In this document: piece after piece, positions 27,501 through 42,500 of the stretch
Layout of the letters: each line of letters starts with the position of its first letter
How positions within the stretch are numbered: the first letter of the stretch is position 1
DNA from: Balanoglossus misakiensis
Taxonomy: Eukaryota > Animalia > Hemichordata
Reading direction: 5' to 3'
Assembly (NCBI GenBank): GCA_040954595.2
Contig: CM082584.2
Span: 4,840,110-4,904,109 of the forward strand
Length of the DNA stretch: 64,000 nt
Notes under the pieces: generated by a model
The model's input: only the letters and a program-made list of their open reading frames with translations
The model's database searches: none
Told to the model about the DNA's origin: nothing
Made by a program: the position numbers and the translations under genes

Positions 27501-30500
27501 TGCCGACCTCGCGACAGTTTTGGTGCCGGTTGGTGCGATAAAAATGTACACAGGTAAAACTAATCGTCGATCGTCCATATTTACACATACGAAACATTTT
27601 ATTTATCTTTGCTTATGTTTTTATATCGAAATAAAACCAACAATTGCACTGTATTTTGCCGCCCTAAGGGGACTTTGTTTACAAGTTTAAAATAGTTCTG
27701 TTTGGTGACGTCAGAGGGATGGTAATTACAATAACGCTTGGTGCATATTTACCTACGTCTGACGTCATACTATGGTAATATGCGGAGCTATATATGTATG
27801 TGATAAAACCAAATAAATAACATAAAAACACTTGAATTTACGAACGTTTTATTTTGGAACTGCTCTGCTCTGAATATTTTGCACTTTTGTCACTTTTTGT
27901 CGTCTGCGTCATGTTTAATGCTCTATCCTGGGCCGCTCGTGTTTACATTCATTGTCGTCATGTTGGTTCATGATCGTAATTTCTTTTTCTGACGCTGTTT
28001 CGTTAAGAAAATGACACTGATATGCCACAAAATCAATTGTTGATATAATATAATAGCAATAACCCCCGCCTCAGTCGGGTATACGCTCGATTTGGGTACA
28101 ATTCGCTTCATATAGCATTCGCCTTACGGCTCGTTCTATACGTCTAAATTGTACTAAAATCTCATGTTATTGCTTAATTGAACGTTCACATTAAAATTTC
28201 AGACTACAGGTAAGTTTGGGAAATATTCTTACCAGAGTTTCACAAGTTGTCGTAAAATAAATGAACGAACAACAGGCGTAGATTCAACATCGACACTTTT
28301 GTAGAGTGGCGGGGGATTCTCTCCTTGTAGATCCTCATAAGGTTCGATGACGTAGCTAAATAAAGTTTCCACCACTTCTGGTTCGATGTTTGACTCTTCT
28401 TCCTTTTGCAGGTAAACCAATGACACTAATTCCAGAAAGAATGCGTTGCATTTCCTTCGGTAGTCTTTCAGTTTCATGATCGCCAGACTGTACGATATGA
28501 AATAATTCAAGTTACCGAGCATAATATTTCTAGTTGCGTTTGTGTGTGTTAAAATGAAATACAAAAATCGCGTCAAGGACACGGTGGTCCCATTGAGGGA
28601 TTACACAAGAAAAAGTCTTCACCGGAGTACATGGCCATATACAGACAGACACGCACACATAGCGAGAGATCAATGGGCAAGGACTGACTGACCCATAAGC
28701 TGCTAATGGCATATGTACTGTACATACACTAAATAGAACAGCTGGCCTCTTTAAAACTTAGCCAGTTATGTAATCATTCAGGAATTTGCTGTGTAAATAA
28801 ATCACAGGAGGGGACTTCCTGCCTAATTAAAACAACTCAATTAAGTAAATACACACCACTTTGCAAAGCAATCTGACCAGTAGATCTTGAGTTACTGAGT
28901 TTTGACCAAATTCACATTTTTCCGGCTAATTTGCATATTTTTGGCGATGACACCTTCATTTGAACAAACTCCCATCTACAGTCCAGCCTGCATCTGCACA
29001 CCAAATATCAAGGTGATACACGCAGCGGTTTTCAATTTTTTGATGTGGACGGACATACAGACATACATCCATCCATACATCCATCCATTCATACATACAG
29101 ACGCAACCGATCCCGTAAGGTCCCGTGGTATAAACCAATGGGACCTAAAAATACATGAAATGTATTCATTTGCATAAAGTAGCGCTTAAATATAGATTCG
29201 AACCAAGGCCTACACCAATTAAAGTGACAAGAAAGTCTGCACACAAAACCACCAGGCTAAATCCACTTCCCAAGCAAAGGATGATTTAATAGCTAGGATA
29301 AGTCCTAAGCACGACTGGCCCTCCTCCCATAATCTGAGTACTAGTACCTCAAAACACACACACCCACACACCCACACACACACACACACACACCTTCCAT
29401 GTACATCCTCCCTTATCCTATACTATTTTTTTGCATCCGGTTCACAATCAATGAAACTGCCAAGCACACACTCTACAAATCAACTACTTGCCTGACAGCT
29501 GAAGATTCTGCAGCTGTAAACTGGACAGGCAGTTGCTGTTGACAGTCATCCACGGGACAGTTTCGTGTGGACTCTGGTTGGGCCATAATACCTGTATGGC
29601 ATCTCTGACAACACAGGTGGCCACAGAACAACCAAACAGGATCCACCAAAGTGTGCTTTCCTGCTGCACAGTGTGATATCCTTGAAGACAAAATGGGAGT
29701 CATAAGTGAACATTACAACCAAGAACATAAAGCAAGTTTGAACGATAAATAAACAGTATTAAGTACAGCACTTACCCAAAGCAACGTGGCACTGACTTCT
29801 TGTTACAAGTCTTTAGTAGACTCTGTGTTTTCTCAATAAGAGCAGTCGCTGTTTTACTTTGAAGACTCTGTCAATAAAATGTCAAAAAATATATCGGTAC
29901 ATGTATCATTTTCCTTTTGGCAAAACTGGTCTTGTGCACAATTCATGCGGAAATGTACACAACCAAAGTTCACCAGGTTTGCACCAGTAGACCATGAGCC
30001 AGTAGGGGTTTACCTCCCCCCCCCCCCCGGGGGGAATTTTTGAGACAATGTTTTTCTGAAAGCCTATCATATACTGAGTAAAATTCACTCTTTGTTTTCC
30101 ATCTGGGCACCGGGGCGTTTTCGAGTTATTGGCTTCTAAATTATATTGGGTAACGTATGTAGAAATGCCTAAAAGTGCATATAAATTGACGTAGGGGGTT
30201 AAATTAGTCTTGTAAAATACTGTCTCTTCGAATGTATACCTAGAACAACAGGGAAGTATTTGGTATCAAAAGAAAGCTTAATAAACAAGCTTTCCATTAA
30301 TTACAAAATAAAAGTGATATGACAAATCTTGACATCATAGTGACGTCATAAGTCAAAATACCCTTACGAAAATGGTGTTCTGTTCACCTATAAATGTGAG
30401 GTTTTGCAAAACACGTCTCTGAGCAATTGTACTGATGAAAACTGTGATGTGTTTGGTATCAACAGAAAGCTGATTGAGTAAAGTATCTAATTATTGCAAA

Positions 30501-33500
30501 AAATTGATATAATAATCAATAACGTCATCATTACGTCATACTTCCAAGTACCCTTACCAATTAGTGACTATGATGACAAGTTATTACCCTAGGAGATAGG
30601 TGCCTTTAAATTAAAAAAAATTGGTAAGGAAGGTTTGTGAAGTCCATTCTATGTAAAAAATGATTCCAAAAAAGTCAGTCTTATTGACCCCACCCAAGAC
30701 AAAATTGCCATTTTGGCACTTTTTAACCCAAAAAAGGTCATTTTTAGAAAACACTAAAAACACACTGTTTTCGTCACATTCGAAGATCTGATGACATATG
30801 ATATGCCTATTCTATGTAAAATTTGGTTGATATTACGAAAAAAAGCAGTCTGACTGACCCCACCCAAGACAAAATTGCCATTTTGGCACTTTTTAACCCA
30901 AAAAGGTCATGTTTAGAAAACACTAAAAACACACTGTTTTCATCACATTCGAAGATCTGATGACATATGATATGCCTATTCTATGTAAAATTTGGTTGAT
31001 ATTACGACAAAAGCAGTCTGACTGACCCCAAACGAGACAGAATTGCCTTTTTGACCATTTTTTGCCCAAAAACGTCATTTTTAGACAAAACTTAAAACAC
31101 ACTCTTCTCTTCATATTGATTGATTTGATGATATATGGAAAGTCAATTCTATGTGTAAAATGGTGACTATAAAACATAAAGCAGTCTTTTTGACCCCAAT
31201 CAATACAAAAATGCCATTTTTGGCCATATTTTTGAGGTCAAAAAAGGTCATTTTTACAAAAAAAACTAAAAACAAACTGTTTTCTTCATATTCAGAGATC
31301 ATGTGATATATGAAAAGTTTATGCTATGTAAAATAGTTCGGATTCCAGAAATAGCAGCCTTATTGACCCCCACTCAAGGCAAATGTGCCATTTTTGCCAC
31401 TTTTTGCCCCAAAAATGTCATTTTTAGAAAACACTCAAAACTTATATATTTTCTTCACTTTCGGAGATCTGATAATGTATTATATACCCACCCTGTGTAA
31501 AATTTGGTAGGTATTCAAAAAAGTAGGTTTATTGGCGCCACTCAAGATTAAAGTGCGTTTTTTGGCAAGTTTTTGCCCAAAAAGGCCATTTTAAGAAAAC
31601 AATTAAAAGCAAACGTTTTTCTTTATATTTGGAAATTTGATCATGTATGAGTCCATTTATTGAAAAATTGGTGTTCACTCTAGAAAAAGCAATCTTATTG
31701 ATCTCAATGAAGATGAAAATACTTTTTGCCCAAAAAGGGTCATTTTTAGAAAATACTAAAAACATGCTATTTTTTTCCCTTTGGTGATCTAATAATAAAT
31801 AAAAGTCCATTCTATCTTAAAAGTAGCGATTTTTCCAGAAAAGCACTCTTACTGACTCCACAGAGGGAAAAATGCCATTTTGGCCACTTTGCTCAAAAAA
31901 GGTAACTGTTTGAAACTTCTTTCTTTATTTTCAGAGATCTTATGATGTACGGAGAAGGTCCATTTTTGTTGAAAGGGAGCCGATTCCCCCCCAAAAAAAT
32001 TCTTTTCAGCCCTACAAAATTGTCATTTTGGCCATTTTTGGTCAAAAAGGTCATTTCAAGAAAAAATGAAAACAAGCTGTATTTAAATGTTTGATTATGA
32101 ATGGAAAGTCCATTTTTTGCAAAAAAATATGCTGATACCAACACAACAGTCTTATTAAGACCCGACTCAATACAAAATTGCCACTAAGCCATCTTCTAGT
32201 CAACAATTGTGTTTTTCAGAAAACAAAATAATTGGTGTTTTTTGCCTTTTGAGTTTTGATGTTATATTTGCATATTTAAAATGTCATACCATATGATATC
32301 AGTTGAATTGATGACATTGAAAGGCAGAGTTGCCACAATTTGGCACATTTAGCCTAAAATGGAACTCAACAATAAAACGAGACGATCCATGTATTCACAC
32401 TGTATACTATAAGTCGTTTATACATGGTATAAATTTTTTTAAGTACATCTATACCAGCTCCGGATAGATTGTTGACATTTATCCTCTTCGTTCTGAATAC
32501 AAAATCAGAAATTATATTATATCATGATACCTCCGTCATTTTGATTGGACAGGGGTGCAATCCCACGATGCTAAATACTCAATAGAGCTAAAACTGGCCC
32601 CTGAACTAGCACACAACGGGAAAATGTGGGTTTAAACCTAATAAATATAATAATAACTCTTAAATTCCTTGACGTTTCAATTTGGAGATGCTCTAAGTCA
32701 ATATTTGGGACTTTGCCATGTGCAGTGCCTGTCTTTTTGTCGCCTGTATCATGTTTAATGCTTGGTCCTGGGCGACGTGTTTAGATTCATCGATGCGACT
32801 TAGGTTCAATTCGTATAACTTCTTTTACTCTCGACGCTGTTTCATCATCATTATGAGTTCAATTTGGGCTATCTCCAAATGCAAACATTTTTTTCTCTAG
32901 AAAATGTTTAAAATGATAAATTTGTCTTAAGTAGGTCTTTTTAGGCAATAAATTGCCAAAAACGCAATTTTGACTAGAATGGGGTCAATCAGATTTTTTT
33001 TTTACATAGAATGGACTTTTCATACATAATCAGATCTCTGAATATGAAGAAAACAGTTTGTTTTTAGTTTTTTTGTAAAAATGACCTTTTTTGACCTCAA
33101 AAATGTGGCCAAAAATGGCATTTTTGTATTGATTGGGGTCAAAAAGACTGCTTTATGTTTTATAGTCACCATTTTACACATAGAATTGACTTTCCATATA
33201 TCATCAAATCAATCAATATGAAGAGAAGAGTGTGTTTTAAGTTTTGTCTAAAAATGACGTTTTTGGGCAAAAATGGTCAAAAAGGCAATTCTGTCTCGTT
33301 TGGGGTCAGTCAGACTGCTTTTGTCGTAATATCAACCAAATTTTACATAGAATAGGCATATCATATGTCATCAGATCTTCGAATGTGATGAAAACAGTGT
33401 GTTTTTAGTGTTTTCTAAAAATGACCTTTTTGGGTTAAAAAGTGCCAAAATGGCAATTTTGTCTTGGGTGGGGTCAGTCAGACTGCTTTTTTCGTAATAT

Positions 33501-36500
33501 CAACCAAATTTTACATAGAATAGACATATCATATGTCATCAGATCTTCGAATGTGACGAAAACAGTGTGTTTTTAGTGTTTTCTAAAAATGACCTTTTTT
33601 GGGTTAAAAAGTGCCAAAATGGCAATTTTGTCTTGGGTGGGGTCAATAAGACTGCCTTTTTTGGAATCAGCACCAATTCTTACATAGAATGGACTTCACA
33701 AACCTTCCTTACCATTTTTTTTATTTAAAGGCACCTATCTCCTAGGGTAATAACTTGTCATCATAGTCACTAATTGGTAAGGGTACTTGGAAGTATGACG
33801 TAATGATGACGTTATTGATTATTATATCAATTTTTTGCAATAATTAGATACTTTACTCAATCAGCCTTCTGTTGATACCAAACACATCACAGTTTTCATC
33901 AGTACAATTGCTCAGAGACGTGTTTGCAAAACCTCACATTTATAGGTGAACAGAACACCATTTTCGTAAGGGTATTTTGACTTATGACGTCACTATGATG
34001 TCATGATTTGTCATATCACTTTTATTTTGTAATTAATGGAAAGCTTGTTTATTAAACTTTCTTTTGATACCAAATACTTCCCTGTTGTTCTAGGTATACA
34101 TTCAGAGAGACAGTATTTTACAAGACTAATTTACCCCCCTACGTCAATTTATATGCACTTTTAGGCATTTCTACATACGTTACCCAATATAATTTAGAAG
34201 CCAATAACTCGAAAACGCCCCGGTGCCCAGATGGCAAACAAAGTGAATTTTACTCAGTATATGATAGGCTTTCAGAGAAACATTGTCTCAAAAATTCCCC
34301 CGGGGGGGGAGGTAAACCCCTACTGGCTCATGGTCTACAGGTCTGGTGCATGACTGGTGCATGTCAGACCTGCAGCAGTCTGCTCGATCAGACCTGCCAC
34401 AGGCCTGTCCCGTCAGACCTGTGGCAGGTCTGACAGATCAGGTCTGGTGCATGCATGTGACAGACCTGGTGCAGACAAATCCTGCAGTGCAGGTCTGTCA
34501 ACCTTTAGCTGTGTTGCATTCTAACCTGTAAACGCAAAAAAGCATTACCCCGGTAGGTGAAATATAATTCTAATCATTCCAAAGCTAGATATTCACCAAA
34601 AATCACAATAATTCGCCAACAGATTTTTCGCCTATGTTATGCAATTTTCGGATTTACTTATTCTTACCTTGAAATATGCCAAGGCAAATTCCACATCCTG
34701 TTCATTGAATGGTTCTTCGGGTGGCGATAAATGTTCAATGAAAAGACGAATCACTGACAGTGCACGCCAGATACTCCTAAACGATAACACAATTAATGTA
34801 ACGGCATTTAGATACACTTGGAGGTGCATTGACAACACTTCTACTATACTAATTATATTCTCATAATGCAGATTCATAGCTGTTCTGTCTTACGGTGAGG
34901 TCTGAGGTAGCCGACTACTCCATAAACCAACAGCATCTCAATACACACGTCATGATGGACCCTTGATCCTAAATCTCGTCGCCACGACCGGATAACAGGA
35001 ACAGTTTACGAGAGGCAAAAATAACCCACTACCCATTTGCCTAAGCCTGCATGAGATGGCCTTTCATAGATCCCTTTCAATTTTGAGTTTGGTTAAAAAG
35101 AAGAAATTACCATTCGCAGCTTCAATCCCTACATTTACTCAAATATCGATGTTAAACAATAGTGTTTGTGTCGCTATGTTCGAATACTTAGAGGGAAGTT
35201 TTCTACATTTTGGGAATATTTGACAGCATGGACTTGGATTTACTTGTCTGATATGTTTGCTTAGCTCCTGAATTATGATTTGAGGATTATGGGTCGGTTA
35301 TGGTTGCTGCCGCCATTAATCGATGTTGATTTTTTCTCACCTGCATTCTTCTATAAGTCGTTTACACTTATCCCCATATGAATCAAGATTGTCTGTTTGG
35401 TATACTTCCTCAGCCACACTGTTGACACCTGGAATTTGCACGTTCACCCATCGATATCTAAACTCTTTATCCTCAAGTCGCCGCTTGTTTGGTACCACCA
35501 ACTGGAGGCCAAATCTAAGAGCATCAAAGTCGATCGTCTAAAAAGAAACAATAAGTGGATTAAAATGCACAAACAAGTACAGAAAGAAACAACAAAAGAC
35601 AGGGGTGAAGAATAATGTTAAGATAACATCTATTTTTTTTAACAAAGGTGTCCATGGGTTTGAAAAATAATTTGCTATTCGTCTTTGACTTTTTTATGTC
35701 AGGTGAATCAGTGACAGACTGAAACATTCTAGTCTTAAAGGTATACGCTCACCTATGGAAAATTAGCTACAATTACTATCATAACTGTAACTTGAGATCT
35801 AGCCAATCACCGATTTTCAGTGGGTGGCACACGTGAAAAAAGAGCGCCACCATATGTTATTTAGAACCCTCAAATACACCATTTCAGCCATAGGCCTAAC
35901 TGGGGTATATGAGCGTCTGTAAATTGGAGGTGACCGCATACCTTTAATTGTCGTTATAATAGTGCAGTCACTATTCCTAGTTGTCAAAGATTGTGAACCT
36001 CTTTTCGTCTGACATTTCAAATTCCGCTAAATGTGAAAGACAAGTACTTACCATTTCCGTTTCCTGCTGGACGGTAACAAGCTTATCGAGCAAATCTGGC
36101 ATAAGGTCGATCAACCTCCTCAAACGCTTCAGGCGCTTTTCTATCCGATGATACACTCTGTGAATATCTACTACATTTGGAGTGTGTGGTTCTTCTGATT
36201 GCAATCGGTCACCCGCATCTCGGCATATACGTTGCACCTCTACAATGATGGACTGACATACTATCTGAAAAGGGTTAGTACACATCAAATGAGCGATGTT
36301 AAACATCTTTGAATACATTTCCAAAATTGCGGGACAATTAATGTCGCTAATGCCCGATATGGAGCACAGCTTAGGCCAGTGGGCATTGAAAATAGACGAC
36401 AATGTCTCACCAAAAAGATGAGAGAACAACTCGTAGGCGGACCATGTAGAGAGGACTGAAATGGACAACTTAGTTATACCTCAAACTCCTGCGGATGGTT

Positions 36501-39500
36501 CCCCTTGTAAACCATTCGTACAAAGTCATACAGGTAATATTTCATGATTGTGGTCATGTCGCAGCCTTCCTCCATACTCGCCACTTTCAATATGTTACCA
36601 ATGGGCCCGGTTTGAAGAATTTCCAATGAACCCGTGTCTGTAGAATACGATCATTGTCATCAGTAAAGTTTGTTATTGCTCTTCCCAGTGCCTACTTGAT
36701 GAAAACATCAACTAAATTGTCAGCAACATAGCCCTCGTATATATACAATTAAAAATGAGATTAAGAAAAATATCATGGCATTTCATATAATCTGATACTG
36801 TTTATCAAGACCTGCTACATCCAATTGCAAGAGCTAAGTTTATACTATTCACAAATCAACACGTTCTATCTTCTAAGTGTCGTAAAATTTACTGCCTGAG
36901 AGTACTAAACGGCACTACAATGCAATGGAAATTACCAATGGATTATAAAATCTTGGCACCGATAACATGCACCATCCATATAGCACAACTGGCATTGTTA
37001 AACATGTGAAGCATTGGCTTACCATTTCCTTTTGCTTGTTGTAGATGTTCGATTGATTCATATATCACCCAAGAAAATGGGAGCTTAAGGTCGGTAACAC
37101 TGATTGGCTCTTCCTGCCTTGGAACTATTCTGTCACGCTTGGATCCCCGCAAAACATCTTCGTCAAGCTGTGTTACTTTTTCGTTGTTTAGCATATTGAG
37201 CCACATTCGACGTTGCCATCCACCTTCAGGGAAACTGCGAAACTGTCGTAGACCATCATGTCGGTCTGTATACGAAATCAGTTCGGCGAGAACGGGCGTG
37301 ACCACATTCAAGAGCTTGATGGTCAGTGTTCTTCTGAAGGTGCCACACTCTGTCAAAGTATTTGCCGAACAAATCTCATCCAGAGCCCAGTCCGCACCAC
37401 CACCTTCAACGGCTTCTGTCTTTTCCAGAAGTAAACGGATTCTTGTTGCCAACACTGAAGTGAAAGTCAGCAAGCCTGAAAGTGTCAATTACACCGAATT
37501 AGGATAAGCTGAATGCGGGCCACAGAATTCTGATATTAAAACCATACTACATCATTGTGTTTGATACAAGACACTGTTTATGTAATTCTACATGTGGATA
37601 TATAGTGAAACAATGTTCGACCACATACAACTTCCATCCCATTTGTAGACACAAGAGTGAAAAACTCGCCAAAATGACTAATCGGTCTTTACCATTTATT
37701 CATTTTGGCGAGATTTTTACTCTCATATATTACAAACGGGATAGAAGTTGTGTGGTCAAACGTAGATTCACTATATATTCACATGTAGAGTAACATAAAT
37801 AGTGTCTTGTATGAAATATAATTAATGGGAAAAGGGCAGCGAGAGAGAGACTTTGTCCATTTTAACTTCATTTCAATTTCCTACTTACCTTCTCCCTTCT
37901 CATCCTGTTCAAGTAAATCTTGGAGAATTTGAACAAGACCTGCTGTGCGGTGATGGTCCATTGACTGAGGCAGTTTCTGTCGTGGCTCTAGCCGTGCAAT
38001 TGCCGCAGGGATGCACATCTTGATGATAGTGGCGTTACTTACACCACAATTAACATCGCCAAAAATGGTACTCAATGGCTTGTTGACAAGGTGGCTTATA
38101 TCTGGACTGTCCTCGCTTGGTTGCCTTAGTTCATCGATATGTACGGATCTCCATGGCTGCACCTGAATATTGACTAAGGCATTTGGTTCCTTTCGAAAAA
38201 GATGGATGAGAAGTACGACGTGGGCAACCTTATTGCAATGTGCCCTCTTCTCATCTTGGATAAGGAATCGGACAAATGGCACGAATCGAGGATTATGCTC
38301 ATTCGATCCACACTGTAACAGCAGCACGCGGCATTCGGGGTTTTTGTTGTCATAGAAACCACTGAAATATAAAATATGCGTTTCAACATACCATGATCTG
38401 GGTGTACAGAAACGGAGGTCAACAAAATTGCATGATTTATGCAATCTACATACAAGTCGGAATTACGATGACAGCGCTAATACTAAACAAATTTGAAAGT
38501 GACAGTAAGATGGTAATGCTTACCTCAACACACTTCTGATTTCCCGTTCTGTTGTGAACCCTTGCAAGTTTACTAGTAGCACCTGGTTGTCTCTTAACTT
38601 TAAGTATTGGGAAACTGCTTTACAATCCGTAAGAAGTCTACCGTGGGTTGTAACCTAATCAAAGGTACGGTACATGTAGTGAATAATTATATATCATACC
38701 CATATATATCTGGGGGGAAAAACAATGTGGGCAAATATCGCATTTACATACATAGATTAGCCGGTTGCAAAGAAATACCAACACGAAACAACACAGTAAG
38801 CCACAAACAGCAAAGCCAATAAAGTCAAGACACTGAAAGAAAGAAATATAAATGTCTGGCAAAAAGGCCATGACTTGATGTCAGTTAATTCAAAAGCAAA
38901 GACATGTGAATACAAAGAAACAATGGTTTGTTCCTAGAATTTAAAAAAGTTAGTATAGGGCTACCTGGGCAAGGAGACCATCTGTTTCACTTGCTTGACT
39001 GTCAAAAAACATCTCAAGGTAATGTGACAAACTGGTGTGACGCTGATCACAATAATATTCCCTTTTGATGTCTTCAGATTCGGGCTCAAGGCGCGTCAGT
39101 GATAACCGTGCTATTGCATCTGGCGTGCAGCAATTCAAAAGTATCGATTTGGCTTGTTGTACAATCTGTAATATAAGTAGAATAACATATTATGGAGGCA
39201 GAACAGATTCATGTTGAACTCGACAAGGGGGAAAATTAGTGCACGTTTTAGAAAATGCAGGAACGATTGACACAAGGCCTGTATTCAACCCTACGAATTT
39301 CTCTGGCAAATGCATTTTAACGATGATTTTAAGTATGCGAATATTTGTTTCCAGCTGTTTAAAAGTTTTGAGAGTATATTATGTGGCATTTTCAATCTAA
39401 AAAATTCAAAATGGGAAAGAAATATAAACGGTGATTCGGACGGGCGATGTTTTCGGCTTCCCAGCCTTACCTCTTTCGTGTCAGATGGTACAGTTGTCTG

Positions 39501-42500
39501 CGAACAGAATATATTGTGAACGATCATGGCGATAGTATCATTATCCATACCAACAAACACATCTTCACGTCTGTATTCATTAATGTCGCCATGGCATCTG
39601 TTTGATAAGAGAATGGGTTTAAATGTATAAATATTACTCTTACAGTTGTTTATTTCGTTGGCAGTCACGAATATTAAATTTTCTTGACAAATACCCACTA
39701 CCTAGCTTTTTCAACATTCTAACCATAGTGACAACCTGACCTGTCATAAAAACGTCTTTTTGGAGGGAACAATCATTTACTGCATGACAGTAGGGTGGAC
39801 CGGGACGATGGGAAGTGACCAGCTGGGTCAATAAGCCTCCATGAAGCGCCAGCTGAAAGACCGAGCTGACTCTAATTAGGTGAATAAAATGAAGGATTTT
39901 GAGTTCATTAGTATGTGCATACCTCTTATCTGCAGAACCTTGCGGCCTCACCAATGCAAATGATTCTGTCCACTCAGTTAGCTCCTCAACAACACCCTTC
40001 ATTTCTGGCATCAGAATATCATCGAATGTCAGGAAGTGCTTCTCGAGGCGATTGATAAGTGGTATCGGGTAATTCTTGACAACAACATCTCTCTCGGCGA
40101 CAATGACCAGTCTGTTAAAATAGAAGAAACAATGTGATATAATCTTGTATGCGTAGTTCCATGCCCTGGTATGATTTGTCAGCATTATTATATCTAGCCT
40201 CATGGAGTCGAAACGTCGCATTATATATTCTCAACAGCCTTTAGGGTGAAGGCTTGGAAATAATTGAACATGTTGCCCGAGATATATCGTATTTGACTTG
40301 CACATGTCAGATATACTTCACCAGTTGTTTTATGCATTATGTTTAAGTAGTGCTTTCGGAATAATTATAGGCATGGTTTTTGGTACTATATCTTGAACAC
40401 AATTTCAGGAAAAGTGACTTTAGCACTACGAGTATGACTTAAGTCCAGCAAAAGATGTTCCCTTTACATGAAGGGCTAAGACTTAACCCTACCTGAAATT
40501 CTTATCAACACGTGCATTGCAGCGATGAGTACCAAGACCCAGGTTCACATACCGAAGATCACCATACTCAAAGTAATACTATGGGGATGAAGGAAATTGT
40601 GATCATAGTGTTAATTTTCATATTTATATCTTTATAAATCTAAGTCATTTACAATACCGAAATTAAAATGACGTCGTAGTCTCCTGCCAGTTTCAATACG
40701 TTAAACAAGAGGGAACTATTTTGCTTGTAAACACTGAAAGCCAGGAATGCTATAATAGCTTAGCATTACGCTTGGCATAATGTGGCGAGTATTTAAAATG
40801 TTGGTGTCATCATTGCCGCATTACAGAACAGAAAATCAAGACGCCACGATTGAAACTTTAATTTTTGCAAAATCTGAGGAAACATATGCAATAATAACAG
40901 AACTCCAATGACGTCTTCGCGTGATCTGTGCCTTACAGAAATTAATTTCACTTGTAATGTGGAATATTCTGCTGTACTTTCACTTATTGTCCCGTTTAAA
41001 GTGTGTTAAAACAATGCATTGCCTCGTTCAGAAGATGAAGTAGTACCTGGTTCATTGTATCATACAGAGATTCATACAAGTTTTCAGCGTTCATCAAAAT
41101 AACGGTCTGCCCCGTCTCCATGCAAATCTTGACACGTTTGATGTTTCTACAAACCTGCAATATTAATGAACAGCTTGGCATTTTGACTTGGCAGTCTGAT
41201 CTTGTATAATGCTTCACCATAATGCCTTTATCACGTTTTCATTACAATTAATATTTTTTATGGCAAATATGAGAAGCAGAGAGTCAAAGGAAAGTGGACC
41301 TAAACACATGAGTTAGCAAAAGTCGATAACAAAACCCTTAAATCACTCATTGTCAATAGGTATATACACGAACATTAGTGATTACATCATTTACATCACC
41401 ATCACCATCATCATCAGCACCGCCACCAACTAAATTGATATTAGCATTTTCTCATTTGAATGTGGTAAAACACTGGTATCGCCTTGAATAAAAGAGTCAC
41501 ATGGAGTTTATACAACTAGAATGATAATGACACAAAACAATTAACATACTTGCGTGTACTCTGCATCCCGTTTGAAAGGACTGCCATATATGACAAGCAT
41601 ATTTTCTTCACTCAGCAATCGCTCTGCACCATCTTTCAAATGCCATATGATATCGTGGCCCCGACTAGTCTTCGTCATTAAGAGGAGGTACCTCGTCTCG
41701 CTAACGCCATAGCAAACAGAACAATCCGGAGAATAGATATTGTTTATGTTTGAGCGGTCAATAAAATCATGGTATCTTCAGACACCATGCATGGTACAAG
41801 TATTTATCATCTCGAAACATTGTCATTGTAAAGTTTACATAGTGAATTTCAATGCGAGAACTTACCCAATCGAGGGCACACTCTTTAAGTTTTCACGTAC
41901 AAGATCGAAGTTAGACATGTCTTGAGGTTTGCCCTGTCAGATAATGAACATACATGTATTACTTATTAAATTGTATGTGTTTTCAAGTGATCACACCACA
42001 CCACACCATGTTCACAATGTATGATATATTACACATACCTCATTTCTCAAGCAATGTTGCCTGCATTCTCTCTCAAAGAAGCTAACAGCATTTATTGTTT
42101 CATGACCATCGAAGTTTCGACACACGCACTGCCGTAGCTCCTCCCATGTAGGCTTCCGTCCAGTTTTCGCACAGACTGATGACAACATCTTCACGAGCCT
42201 ACCATAATGATAAATCACACAAGAAACATTCCCATTTCACTTTTACTGATTAAGAGCCGAATTACTAAATGAAACTCAACACATACTGTTAAACATTATT
42301 TCCTCAACTGACCGTTTTGAATAACAATGCAATAAGGTTCAGCAAGAACAGCAACTGTAACGACCGTATATATTGCATGTTTTATGCTGTGTACTTGAAA
42401 TGAAGGCAGCACGTTGAAGAACAAAACAAATGTAGGATACATAATGGAAATCAAATGAACAATAAAATGGAGGATAATGCCAAGGTTTCAATTGAGCGTA

